Below are positions 34,961 through 47,400 of a stretch of 64,000 nucleotides of DNA, one piece after another. The DNA is from Lama guanicoe (taxonomy: Eukaryota), in the NCBI GenBank assembly GCA_013239625.1, contig MU055016.1, forward strand, positions 420,867 to 484,866, in the 5' to 3' direction. How positions within the stretch are numbered: position 1 is the stretch's first letter; the number at the start of each line of letters is the position of its first letter. The position numbers were made by a program, and so were the translations under genes. The notes below the pieces were generated by a model, which did no database searches, had not been told where the DNA came from, and was given only the letters and a program-made list of their open reading frames with translations.

Positions 34961-36120
34961 GACTTCGGAGACCACGGAAGCGCCTTCAGAAAAACCCGCA
35001 GCTTTACTCTTAAGATCAGGGATTCTATCAGCGTCGGACCCAGTGTCACACTGACAGCGCCTTCCGCTTCCATGTCTCACTCTCAGATGCCCTTCCTGCA
35101 GGGGTGCGCCTGGCACATGGCATGGGGCTGTTGGCATTCCTGTCACCCTCCGTGGGCACCTTTCACAGACCCCAGAGCAAAGACGTCTCTGTTTTTACTC
35201 TTCTAGGTTTAAAAATGGAAGTAGGAGTCCAGGCCCCACGAACAGGACTTTTCCCAGCTACCTTCGCCTCAAGTCAGTAGACCCCAGGCCTCGCTTTGGG
35301 ACTTGGAGAAAACCCACTTTCTTTCCCCACCAGGGGCCCTTTCAGACGCCTCCCCTTCCTGGCTGCTCCTTGAAGCCAGTGTTTCTCAGTGATTCACTCG
35401 TGCTTGTGCTTTTCAGCTGCTTGGTTGTTCCTGCTCGAAGCAAGAGAACATCTCAGTGGGCGCCGAGGCTGCTCAGGACCAGAGAAGAGGAGACCCTGAG
35501 TGGTCTCCGTTCTCTGCAGACATGGAGATGGGAGTGTGAAGGGGAAGGAAGAGCCCATGGGCTTGTGGGACAGGGTGGTGGTCCCTTTCAGTCTGCAGAA
35601 GCGCTGCCTTTGTTTGTTAATCTGGTGTCGGGGGAGCTATAAGTGAATCCAGTCTTCGGTCCAGGGGGCAGACCTGCCATAGGTGCTGTGACTGAAGGTC
35701 TGTCCGTGGGAGGGTGTGTGTGTCGGGGGGTCTGGTCCTTCGGGGTCTCTAAAGGGGCCCTTGGTTCTGTGTCGTTCGTCCAAGTCCCTGCAAGGGAGCT
35801 CGGTGAGGTGGGAGCCGGCGGCTCCCGGAGGGGCAGACTGTGGTCTTGCTGGTGCCCTTAAGGCCAAACTTCGTTTGCCTGAAGCTCTTTTACCAAGAGT
35901 CCTGGCACTGGGCCCTGGTCCCCTAGGCTTGGATGATTAACTTTTCTAACATTTAATGGTTTTTAACACGTTATTTGTAAAATCCCAAACATTTAAAAGT
36001 AAATCTGCCTCTGAAAAGGTAAACAAAGAAACAGACTATGGCTAGGAACATTTCCATTGAGATCCTCTGTGGCTGTTGATTTGTCTCACAAGCTCAGATG
36101 TACCCACTCGCCTATGGGCA

Positions 36121-36176
36121 TGTGTGTGTGTAACTGTGCGTGTGTGTGTGTGTATGTGTGTGTGTGTGTGTGTGTG
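36121..36176. repeat. Interrupted (TG)n microsatellite in the QSOX2 3' UTR
   Basis: tgtgtg runs interrupted by taac, cg and ta. Confidence 0.93.
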
Positions 36177-37113
36177 ACTATGATGGTCCTATATATTAAG
36201 TGTTTCCCATTCTGCCTATTCCATACTCCAGGTGTTTACCAAGTCGAGCTGTCCACACGGAGTATTAAGTGACCGCTGTAATACTGGTGTTACCGTGGCA
36301 GCTGGGGGAAAGTGGACAGCTTCATGGTCACCTTCAGTGGGAAGCGTGGCAGTGAGCAGCCTCCGTGGGTGATGTGGCCTGGAGGCCTTCCGTGCAGGGG
36401 ATTCGCTCCTGAGTCTGCTGCATCACTTCTCTGCCACGAGAGGTCTCTTGTTTGGCATTTTTTTAACCCCTAGAAGCCTATCTGTCTTAAAGCCCAGGAG
36501 CTTGTCTTCATGGCTAAGTTGTGTGCCTGGGTTATTGAAGGCACCTGTTGCTTTTCAACTTGAGAAAACTGGGCAGATTTACCGAGTCCAAAGGGAAATA
36601 CTTAGAATTGTTCATGAAACTGCCTTCTGGTTTGTATCGAATGTCTTTTTCTCCCCTAAAGTAAGTTTCTTTCCACATGAGAACTGGGGCAGTGTTGCAG
36701 TGTATCTTGTCACTTTACAAAACCCAGCTGAAGGGCGATGTTGGCTTTTGAAGTTTGTGATAGTATTACAGTTTGAGGGGCACGGTTTTCATAGGCTGTT
36801 CGTGGTCAGGGAGAGGATGTGCCAAGGTGGCCATGAACCTGTGTCTCTTGTATGACTGTGACCACAGTCTCGTGTGGCCTGCCCAGCACTGGACGCTCCC
36901 TCTAGGCAAGGGTTAAGTTCTGTTTTCTAAAGTTGTAAGTATTGAGACTAATGAATATAATAGTTTGGTAATTTAAATGTATATTTATTTTTAATGGAAG
37001 GATTTCAATTCGAAAGAGGCTGATTGACATGGAACTGTCAGGGAAATTTGTTAACCTGCAAGGAAAGTGAACATTTTATATTTTAAAGTAAACTATAATG
37101 TGCACATTTTAAA

Positions 37114-37123
37114 AATAAATAAA
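37114..37123 (+). terminator. QSOX2: Probable QSOX2 polyadenylation signal (overlapping AATAAA x2)
   Basis: AATAAATAAA after an AU-rich stretch and followed by GT/T-rich sequence; implies a 3' UTR of about 2.2 kb. Confidence 0.75.
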
Positions 37124-38225
37124 TCTGTTGTTTGAGAAAATTGTAATTCTTTTGCGATGAGAACTCTACCAGTGATTGGTGTCAGGTGGTGGGGCTGAAC
37201 GAAGCCTCCTTTCCCTTCTCATGTTTATAGACGGCATATCTGAAATTCTAGAATTTCGTGTATTGACCAGAGGCTTTTTGGAAGACAGCCCAATGGTCAG
37301 GTGGAAAGGGAAAGATGGGAAGTCAATGACAGATGATCCTGGGGCTGATGTAGACTGAGAGCTCAGGACAACACCCTTTGTTCTGCCATGGGTGAAGGAA
37401 ACGTGAAGCCTGCAGAGACCGCCCTCCTCAAGTTTAAGGGAACCTCTAAGGACCCCAGGTGAAGTGGGCCACCAGCCCACACTCATTTCCAGACATCAGC
37501 TTTTACTGGGCACAGTTCTCCTAGGCCACGCCTCTGACACCAGATCTGACTGCCCCAGTATTGCAGTTGGCTGCCACGTGTGCCTTGTGTCTGTGGCTTC
37601 ACCCTAACATCTGTTTGCTGTAGTTCCTGTGAATTCATCTTCCTAGCTGGGCTGGGTCTAGGCCCCTCCCTCAGAGAGGGCACAGGCAGCCCCTGGTGTG
37701 TCAAATGGACAGGGTACTGAGTGACCAGTGGGCACCCTGCCCACCAGCCCCAGTCTGTGGTGCTGGTGTTGGTGTGAATCTCACTGTCTGGTAACCCCTG
37801 GTATCCAGGGTCTTGGAGCTCATGGCCAAGTTTGTGTAGTTTCTATTGGAATTGCCCCAGGTGCCTGTCCTCCTGGCTGCCCTAGCGGGGTGGGAGAGGG
37901 GTTGTGGCCTGAAATCTGGGTGAGGGGGAATGTTGTGTTGGGGAGTTTGTGAATGTAGAAAGTTCCTCAGGCCAGAAGCAAAAGTTAAACGCGGCAGCAC
38001 CTGGAGCCAGAACCTGGGCTGGAGGCCAGTGGGGCTGGAGAGCCCATGGCCTGGACGCTGCCTTCTGGGAGGCTGGGAGCAGGAAAGAGCTGGAAAGGCA
38101 GGGTGGAGCACCCGCTTGGGGCGAATCCCCAGCCTTAGGGCAAGCCTGGAGCTCAGGGCGGAGCCGCCCGAAGCTTCCCGCCCAGGCGTTAGGGCGGGGA
38201 GGTGGGGGGTGGGGAGGTAGCGGGG

Positions 38226-38329
38226 NNNNNNNNNNNNNNNNNNNNNNNNNNNNNNNNNNNNNNNNNNNNNNNNNNNNNNNNNNNNNNNNNNNNNNNNNNN
38301 NNNNNNNNNNNNNNNNNNNNNNNNNNNNN
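38226..38329. other. Assembly gap (104 N) in the G-rich LHX3a proximal promoter
   Basis: N run flanked by G tracts. Confidence 0.99.
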
Positions 38330-38381
38330 GGGGGGGGACGCTGCCCGAGCCACTTGGGCCCTGCCCAGCCCTGCAGCTGCG

Positions 38382-38469
38382 ATGCTGCTGGAAACGGATC
38401 TCGAGGGCAACCGCGATCGGCCTGGGGTTCCCGCAGCTGCCGCTGTCTGCACCTTTGGCGAGACTAGGG
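38382..38469 (+). CDS. LHX3: LHX3 exon Ia
   Basis: [29 protein letters not shown](E) |gtaaga. Confidence 0.95.
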
Positions 38470-41400
38470 GTAAGAGCCCCGCGCGCCCTGTAGCCTTCAG
38501 CCTGGGCAGGAGGACACCGAGGGGGAAAACGGCAGGGGAGGCAGAGATGAACAGAGGGTCAGCTGGCGGAAGGGGTGCAGCGCACACAAGGCAGAGGGGG
38601 AATGAGTCTGGAGAGACCTCCAGTGGGACATGAGAGACAGGAACAGGGGCACGGGGAGGCAAGGCTGGCAGATCCCATAGTGGGCACAGGGCCTGGAGCT
38701 TCCTGCGGTGGTTCAGGAAGCCTGGACTTGCACTAAAGTGTCTGTGGTTTTTTGTGGAAAACAGAAGGGACCTTGTAGCACTTCTAGTGGGGAGAGGATG
38801 GGGCAGAGCGAGGTCTGCCGAGTAAATCCAGAGACCCCATGCCCCTCAGCTCCCACACAGCCCAGCTCCAGCCTCCCCAGCCGACCCAAGTACACAGCAC
38901 TGAGATCCCTGGGTTGGGTCTCCTGCTTAAACTGCCCTCCCCAAGGGCCACGTGAGCGCCAGGGACGTTGGGAAATAATGGAGGCATTGTTGGCGGGTCG
39001 GCCAGATGCTGAGCGCGTGGGCCCGCCTGCCGCTTTCCCAGTCAGACTACACATGGCTCACTTCGGGCAGGCCTCTGCAGCAGCTGACACTCAACGGCCA
39101 GCACCCCAATGCGCCCAACACACACTAAGCTCCCGGCTTGTACATCCTTGCCCTATCATTCTAGGGAACAGGTGTGGTGCAAAGTGAAAGGGCAGGCGCT
39201 GGCCTCATGGGCCTTTGCTCCAACTGTGAGACACTGGGTCTGCTTGGAGCTGGGAGGAGCTGTGCTTTTCCTGCCCGGGTCCTTCCAGACTGGCCTCTGA
39301 ATTAAAGTGTACAGACCAGGAGACTAAAGGCCAGGCAGAGGCAGGGAGAAGGTGGAGCTTTCCTACAGGGTCCCTGGTGGAGCAACCTGGAGGATAACCT
39401 GCTAGTCTCCCAATACTTCCCTGGGTCCTTGCCCTCGCCTTGCCAGGGGCCCACACTGCTGTGTCCTGAGTGACTGCAGGCAACTGGCGTGGCCTGTGGT
39501 CAGGTGCTGTATGCCCTCTGTGGCAGGTACATCTCTACATGCAAGGATGGTGGGTTCCTGCAAGCTCACCTGTTTGGACTGGGGGCAGGGTATGGGAAAA
39601 TCAGGCATGGGAGCTTCCTCCTGTGCTAGCAGGTGGTGCGGGGGAGGGGGTGGAAGGAAGTAAGAGTTGATCGCGGCTTTCCTAACTACATCCCTCCTGA
39701 CCTGGAGTCTTGACTGCGTCCTGGAGTCCGAGCCTCGGACAGTGACTCGCCTTCCTTCTCTATGCCCGTTCTGGGCTGCAGTTCCAAGGCTGGGGCCCAG
39801 AAGCTGCTCAGAGCTGGAAGGACTAAGGTCGTGTCCAGTTCCTGGTGGCTTCGCTGTTAGCCCTTGGGCACCACACTCACCCTCTCTGGGTCTCAGTTCG
39901 CCCTCGTGCAAATAGACATTGTGACCAAGTCTCCGAGTTCCGGCTCTCGAGCCGGAGCCTCAGCGGCGGCAGGACCCGGCTCCCTCCCGATCCTCTTCCT
40001 AGGACCCCAAGCCTACCCGCGCGCGTACACGCTCCGGCTCGGGTCTCAGGCCAAAGCCAGCGCTAGGGCAGAAAGCTTCGGGCCCCAGTCAAGCGCCCGC
40101 GGGCAGCTCTGGCCCGGCTCCTCCCCTGCCAGTCCCTGCCCTCGGGCCGGGTACTCGAGGTGGCGTCTGGGGACCGCCGTTCTCCGCGCCAAGGCGCTCA
40201 GAGCCGGCGGACGCTCCCGGCGCGTCTCGGCGACCCCGGCCCCGCCCCGCGCCGCGGCCCCGCCCCCTGGCCGCCCCGCCTCCGCGCGGCCTGAGGCTTC
40301 GGGCCCCTGGCCGGCCCGCGGGCGCAGCGCCCAGCAGCCCCGGGAGTCGTTCAGACGCCGATCCGGGGCCATTGAGGCCGTGGTCTTGCCGGGCCCCTAG
40401 AAAGTTCAGGGCCGGAGAGCCGCGGCGCCGGGCGGCGGGACCCATGGAGGCGCGCGGGGAGCTGGGCCCGGGCCGGGAGTCGGCGGGCGGCGACCTGCTG
40501 CTGGCGCTACTGGCGCGGAGGGAGGACCTGCGCCGAGGTGGGTGCCAGGACCGAGCAGCTGCACTCGGGAGGGCGGACACCGTGGAGACCCGGAGGTCCT
40601 CGCTCCTTTCCCAGACTGGTCAAGGAGGCGGCGGGAGCCAGGAGATGCGGGAGGGAGTGGGTGCAAGGGCCCCAGAGCAGCGCTGGTATCACTCAGGCTG
40701 GGAGGGCCCTCCAGGACCCAGGACGGGTTTGGGAAATCCTCTCCAGAAGAAGGTTCAGAGAGCAACCATGGGTCCCAGTGACTACGGGGTAGGAGGGTTC
40801 CCCAAGAAGGCTACCTGCACCCAGACCCTCCACGTTTTTCCAGGGGAAGAGAGTCAGATGCAGGGGCCAGTGTGGAGCTGGACCCTGGCCCTAGATCCCC
40901 CCTAGCTGGGGTCTCGGTGTCTGCACTCACATGCACCTGCTCTGTTGGCCCACTCAGGGCTGCTCCTCAGGACCCTTCTACAAGAAAGCCCCCAACTTCC
41001 TGGTAGCATCATTCTCGCCCCAGCGCCTTGGCTCCCTGTGAACGGGGACGGTCTTCTGCGGGCTTCCAAGCAGGTAGACTTACAGAATGGAGATGGAAGT
41101 GGCCCTGGAGTTGTGGGGAGCAGCAGGGATGGAGCAGGTGGGAAAGGGGTTACATCCAGGCTGTGGGGTCCCATTCGTCTCCTACTTATTTATTTATTTT
41201 CCGACGGTTCCTGGGAGGGGTGGCCACAGGGGCTGGGAGGAAGGGGTGGGAGGGCGGAGAGAGGGAGGGGCGGCGGTCTCGAAGCCGCCGGCTCAGGAGA
41301 GCCAGCGGGGATCGGAGGGCCAACGGGAGGTTCTGCTGGGCCCCGCCAGCGCTGAGGGTAGGAGACCTCACCAAGGCTGGAGTCGCCATGCAGCGTAAGG

Positions 41401-44400
41401 CCCGGGTCGCCAGGGCTTCGCGGGAGCACTAGGGGCTCGGCGGGAGCGGCTTTTGCCCAACGCGGGCTCCGGGGGTAGCGCGGCCAAGGCGCTGTCCGGG
41501 CCGCGGTGCTGAATTCGCGCTGCGCGGACCGTGCAGCCACCAGCTCTAAGCCGGGTNNNNNNNNNNNNNNNNNNNNNNNNNNNNNNNNNNNTGTCCAGTT
41601 CCTGGTGGCTTCGCTGTTAGCCCTTGGGCACCACACTCACCCTCTCTGGGTCTCAGTTCGCCCTCGTGCAAATAGACATTGTGACCAAGTCTCCGAGTTA
41701 CGGCTCTCGAGCCGGAGCCTCAGCGGCGGCAGGACCCGGCTCCCTCCCGATCCTCTTCCTAGGACCCCAAGCCTACCCGCGCGCGTACACGCTCCGGCTC
41801 GGGTCTCAGGCCAAAGCCAGCGCTAGGGCAGAAAGCTTCGGGCCCCAGTCAAGCGCCCGCGGGCAGCTCTGGCCCGGCTCCTCCCCTGCCAGTCCCTGCC
41901 CTCGGGCCGGGTACTCGAGGTGGCGTCTGGGGACCGCCGTTCTCCGCGCCAAGGCGCTCAGAGCCGGCGGACGCTCCCGGCGCGTCTCGGCGACCCCGGC
42001 CCCGCCCCGCGCCGCGGCCCCGCCCCCTGGCCGCCCCGCCTCCGCGCGGCCTGAGGCTTCGGGCCCCTGGCCGGCCCGCGGGCGCAGCGCCCAGCAGCCC
42101 CGGGAGTCGTTCAGACGCCGATCCGGGGCCATTGAGGCCGTGGTCTTGCCGGGCCCCTAGAAAGTTCAGGGCCGGAGAGCCGCGGCGCCGGGCGGCGGGA
42201 CCCATGGAGGCGCGCGGGGAGCTGGGCCCGGGCCGGGAGTCGGCGGGCGGCGACCTGCTGCTGGCGCTACTGGCGCGGAGGGAGGACCTGCGCCGAGGTG
42301 GGTGCCAGGACCGAGCAGCTGCACTCGGGAGGGCGGACACCGTGGAGACCCGGAGGTCCTCGCTCCTTTCCCAGACTGGTCAAGGAGGCGGCGGGAGCCA
42401 GGAGATGCGGGAGGGAGTGGGTGCAAGGGCCCCAGAGCAGCGCTGGTATCACTCAGGCTGGGAGGGCCCTCCAGGACCCAGGACGGGTTTGGGAAATCCT
42501 CTCCAGAAGAAGGTTCAGAGAGCAACCATGGGTCCCAGTGACTACGGGGTAGGAGGGTTCCCCAAGAAGGCTACCTGCACCCAGACCCTCCACGTTTTTC
42601 CAGGGGAAGAGAGTCAGATGCAGGGGCCAGTGTGGAGCTGGACCCTGGCCCTAGATCCCCCCTAGCTGGGGTCTCGGTGTCTGCACTCACATGCACCTGC
42701 TCTGTTGGCCCACTCAGGGCTGCTCCTCAGGACCCTTCTACAAGAAAGCCCCCAACTTCCTGGTAGCATCATTCTCGCCCCAGCGCCTTGGCTCCCTGTG
42801 AACGGGGACGGTCTTCTGCGGGCTTCCAAGCAGGTAGACTTACAGAATGGAGATGGAAGTGGCCCTGGAGTTGTGGGGAGCAGCAGGGATGGAGCAGGTG
42901 GGAAAGGGGTTACATCCAGGCTGTGGGGTCCCATTCGTCTCCTACTTATTTATTTATTTTCCGACGGTTCCTGGGAGGGGTGGCCACAGGGGCTGGGAGG
43001 AAGGGGTGGGAGGGCGGAGAGAGGGAGGGGCGGCGGTCTCGAAGCCGCCGGCTCAGGAGAGCCAGCGGGGATCGGAGGGCCAACGGGAGGTTCTGCTGGG
43101 CCCCGCCAGCGCTGAGGGTAGGAGACCTCACCAAGGCTGGAGTCGCCATGCAGCGTAAGGCCCGGGTCGCCAGGGCTTCGCGGGAGCACTAGGGGCTCGG
43201 CGGGAGCGGCTTTTGCCCAACGCGGGCTCCGGGGGTAGCGCGGCCAAGGCGCTGTCCGGGCCGCGGTGCTGAATTCGCGCTGCGCGGACCGTGCAGCCAC
43301 CAACTCTAAGCCGGGTGTCCTCGACGCCCTGCCGTCGTTGCCCACGATGCGGGTCCAGGGCACTCGGCGAATCCCCAGACTCCGCACCCGGGGCCGAGGT
43401 TTTGCCCCATGCGGGATCCCTTCCTTCCCGTGTTTCCCGGGGCTTCGGGAGGGCGGCCGGTCCAGTTTCTCTCGGCCTCGGGCTGAAGGAGGTCCCTCTC
43501 CCACCCTTCCACCCATTGTCAGGCTGGCCTGGGGCCAGAGGGGTTCGCTGCCAGCGAGGTGAGCACGGTGAGGTGGTGCGATATTTGTGTAGGTTCCAGC
43601 TCCTTCTCATGGCTCACTTCTCTCCAGAGTTACCTTTTCTAAATTAACAAGGAGTTCTCACTCCATGAGTATCCTGTAAAGCCCCTCATGGACCTGTGTC
43701 TCCTGAAGGCAACCGTTGTATTTCCCCAGCCTGGTTTCTTTCCCCGGAGTCCTGCAGTCCCAGGGAGCAGAACCAGTGGGAACCCAAGTGTCTCTGTGGG
43801 GAGGGCAAAGTGCCTACTGTGTATCCGGGCATCCATGTTTGAGCACGAGGACAGAGGGTCTATGTGTCCAGTCCATTCGCAAGTACTCTCACAGCCGTCC
43901 AAACTCAGGGAGGGCATCAGTTTTTACTTTGGTGGCCTGCAGACAGGGCCATGGGGCTGGGCAGCCACACCTACAAGGAGTCTCTAGCCGCCATGATGCT
44001 TAATTGTGCAAGTAATGAGAGCAATTGGATGGTGGATGCCCCACAACCCACATGTGCCTGGCCTCCGGTGATGGAAAGGGGCTGTCGTCCACCCCAGCCT
44101 CTGAGAGAGCCCCTGGGGGGAAGCGGCTCATTTGAGCTCAACATGCACACTTCGTGCACTGGAAACATGTTGCAATTGATGGTATCTGGCTTAATGGGGT
44201 GGCCTGGGCACCTTCCTGCTCAGGGCCATTTTTCTAAACCTATTTCAGTTGTCCTGAATTTTAGCTGCAGGCCAGGCCGTGGACTTCTGTACCATGCACT
44301 TTCCGAACTTGAGGACCTAGGCAGTCAGTGGCTCAAGTCCGCTGGAAAGAGGGTGTGCAGGGAAGGGGGTCTCCTGGGCAGCCCTGGTCCTTGGAGCTGG

Positions 44401-47400
44401 GGTGGGAAGGTGAATTCGAGGCCTCTTGCTCTGTGCGGTTCCCATGACCACGGTGGCTCCTCCGCCTGCAGAGATCCCGCTGTGTGCCGGCTGTGACCAG
44501 CACATCCTGGACCGCTTCATCCTCAAGGCTCTGGACCGCCACTGGCACAGCAAGTGCCTCAAGTGCTCCGACTGCCACACGCCGCTGGCCGAGCGCTGCT
44601 TCAGCCGCGGAGAGAGCGTTTACTGCAAGGACGACTTCTTCAAGTGAGCTGGGCAGCCCAGCCGCCTGGGAGGGAAGGGCCCGCCAGGTGCAAGGGAAGC
44701 AGAGAATGGGCTCTCCTGAGGGACTCCCTAGACCCCCACAGTAACCCACTCTGGAGCCCTGAAAGCCCCATCTCCTGGTCCCCTCCTGTCCTCCAGGCAG
44801 GGTACCCTGGAGGCTCTCTGCTGGCAGCTGGGTTGGCACATTAACCATTTTTTAAGTAATTAATTTTGTGAATTATTGAAGCAGTCGTTAAGAAGATAAC
44901 CCCAAATTTGTAGAACTCTATTGGACTTACTCCCTCTTCATTTTGGTCTTGTTTTTGTCCTTAATGCTGGAGACAAGGTGCCTCCCCCGGATAGGCTTCT
45001 GGGGTCTGAGGGACCTGTACCATGGTCTGGCCGTACCCCTCTGGATTCAGCTTCCCGATCCAGCACAGAGGCCGGCTGTACTCCCCAGGGCCTCCGGATC
45101 CCCTTCTCAGTAGTCCGTGTGGCTCTGCTGCGGCTGCCCGGCAGGCGACCAGGGGCAGGGCCTGGCAAGCCTCCCTCCAGGAACCGTTCTGTGCGGCGGC
45201 ACCGCGCTAGCTGCTCGCCGACCCGCTCGGGGCGAAGGAGCCGAGCGCCGCGCTGAGCCGCGCCCTGTGCGTCCCGCAGGCGCTTCGGGACCAAGTGCGC
45301 CGCGTGCCAGCTGGGCATCCCGCCCACGCAGGTGGTGCGCCGCGCCCAGGACTTCGTGTACCACCTACACTGCTTCGCCTGCGTCGTGTGCAAGCGGCAA
45401 CTGGCCACGGGCGACGAGTTCTACCTCATGGAGGACAGCCGACTCGTGTGCAAGGCAGACTACGAGACCGCCAAGCAGCGAGGTCAGTGGGAGGAGGCGA
45501 CGGTCACCGGGGTTGGCCTGGGCAAAGCCCACCCTCCCCTTTCCTCGTCTGCAAAGTGGGGCTAAGGCCAGTCCGGGTCGGGCGCGGAGGGATCCTCACC
45601 TCCAGCGCCCTCCGCGAAGTGCTCACTAAGGGGGAGAGAATTTAGCTTCTTCCCTCCCGACTGGGGCGGTGGGGGCATGCCCACCCCCAGGCCGCGCAGC
45701 CGGAGGAGCTGGCAGGGACAAGGAGCAGAGCCGCTTTGGGGAAGCGGGGGTCTGGGGTCTTAGCAGCCGCCTAACTCGGGAGCGCAGGGCAGTCAGTCTG
45801 AATTACGTGGATTATCACTCGGTTCTGAATTATTGTCCTAAATCCTTGACCGTGAAGATCCGTCCCTACCCACACCCTTAGAACGAAGAGGAACCCTGGG
45901 GGAGGTGGGGCGGCGCTTGTCAGTGGAGGGCCGAGGCTGGCGGCGCCTGAGTCCGGGTCCGGGTCCGCGGGTCTCTATCGAAGGCCGCTGCGGAGCCGCC
46001 CCTCGCCGGGCCCGGACGCTCCCACCGCGTTTTCTCCACCGCTCCCAGCGCCCGCGTCCCGCGTCCCGTCTCTGGCCTCCGGGGCCGCCCGGGCGGTCGT
46101 TGCGGGGGCGTCATTAGGGGCCCCGACGCCCGTGCCCAGAGAGGGTGGGACCGCTGGGCGGCCAAAGGAGCAGGCCCAGCCTCACGGCTTCCCCGCGGTG
46201 CAGAGGCCGAGGCCACGGCCAAGCGGCCGCGCACGACCATCACGGCCAAGCAGCTGGAGACACTGAAGAGCGCCTACAACACATCGCCGAAGCCGGCGCG
46301 CCACGTGCGCGAGCAGCTGTCGTCCGAGACCGGGCTGGACATGCGCGTCGTGCAGGTCAGCGCCCCGGCGCCCCCGCCCGCCCTGCGAGCCCTGGCCAGC
46401 GCGGGCGGTCCCCGTTCCGGAGCAGCGGCCACTCACCCGCCCCCGCCCCCAGGTGTGGTTCCAGAACCGCCGGGCCAAGGAGAAGAGGCTCAAGAAGGAC
46501 GCCGGCCGGCAGCGCTGGGGCCAGTATTTCCGTAACATGAAGCGCGCCCGTGGCGGCTCTAAGTCGGACAAGGACAGTGTCCAGGAGGAGGGACAGGACA
46601 GCGATGCTGAGGTCTCCTTCACTGGTACGGCGGGCAGGGGCGGCCGCATCGCTCTCGTCGCCCTGAGCGGCAGCCCCGGAGTTGGGAGGAACATTGGGTT
46701 GACCCGTTGCAGGGAGCCTAGAAATCTGCATATCCTAGGCACTGGCCTCTTTAGCTTCACGTATAGAACATTCATTTATAGACCCTGTGGTTTGGCCACT
46801 CAGGACCACTGACCTTCTTCTGGATGGGGCCAGAACCCCTGTGACGCGAGGGCCTGTCCCTCAGCAGGCTTTGCCATGGAGGGAGGGTCTGGACCCTGTC
46901 TTTGGACCCTGGCATCTGCAGAGATTTTTTAGGGAAGTGGCAGCACAGTTTCCAAGTGATAGAAAGTCCTAGATGCTTGGAGCTAGGGGGGCCACACTCC
47001 TCTGTGGAACCTGATTATCTCATTCACCCAAACCAGGGGGACCTCACCCCACCTTTTTTTTTTTAACAAACCTCTTCTGTTTATTAAGTATCTGCGTGAT
47101 CTTGTCTCATCCTCACAATCCGAGAAGGTATATATTTTTATTTATTCATTTATTTAACGGAGATACTGGGGATTGAACCCAGGATCTCGTGCATGCTAAG
47201 CATGTGCTCTACCGCTGAGCTACACCCATCCCTCCATAATGTCCATCCTCAGAGAGTTTGCACAAGAGACTCTTTGGCTGCATTGTGACTTTGGGCTACT
47301 CGCCCATCCTCTCTGGGTCTCAATTAACTTGTCTGCAACATTGGGGTGATGGTACCTGTGCTAGCCCTCCCAAGGCAGCCTTGGGATCATAGTGGGCTCT

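Larger units (their letters stand above)
39832..43316. repeat. Near-identical 1725-bp direct duplication (39832-41556 and 41592-43316) separated by a 35-N gap
   Basis: Constant offset of 1760. Only differences seen: C39940/A41700 and G41543/A43303. Confidence 0.97.

Noticed and set aside
34391-35146. 251-aa minus-strand ORF (likewise 46182-46775 and 47460-48071)
   Set aside because: Antisense shadows of GC3-rich QSOX2 and LHX3 exons.
39845-43192. Pairs of identical ORFs suggesting a duplicated gene cluster
   Set aside because: All come from the 1725-bp duplicated CpG island. Only the 94-nt exon Ib is recognisably coding.
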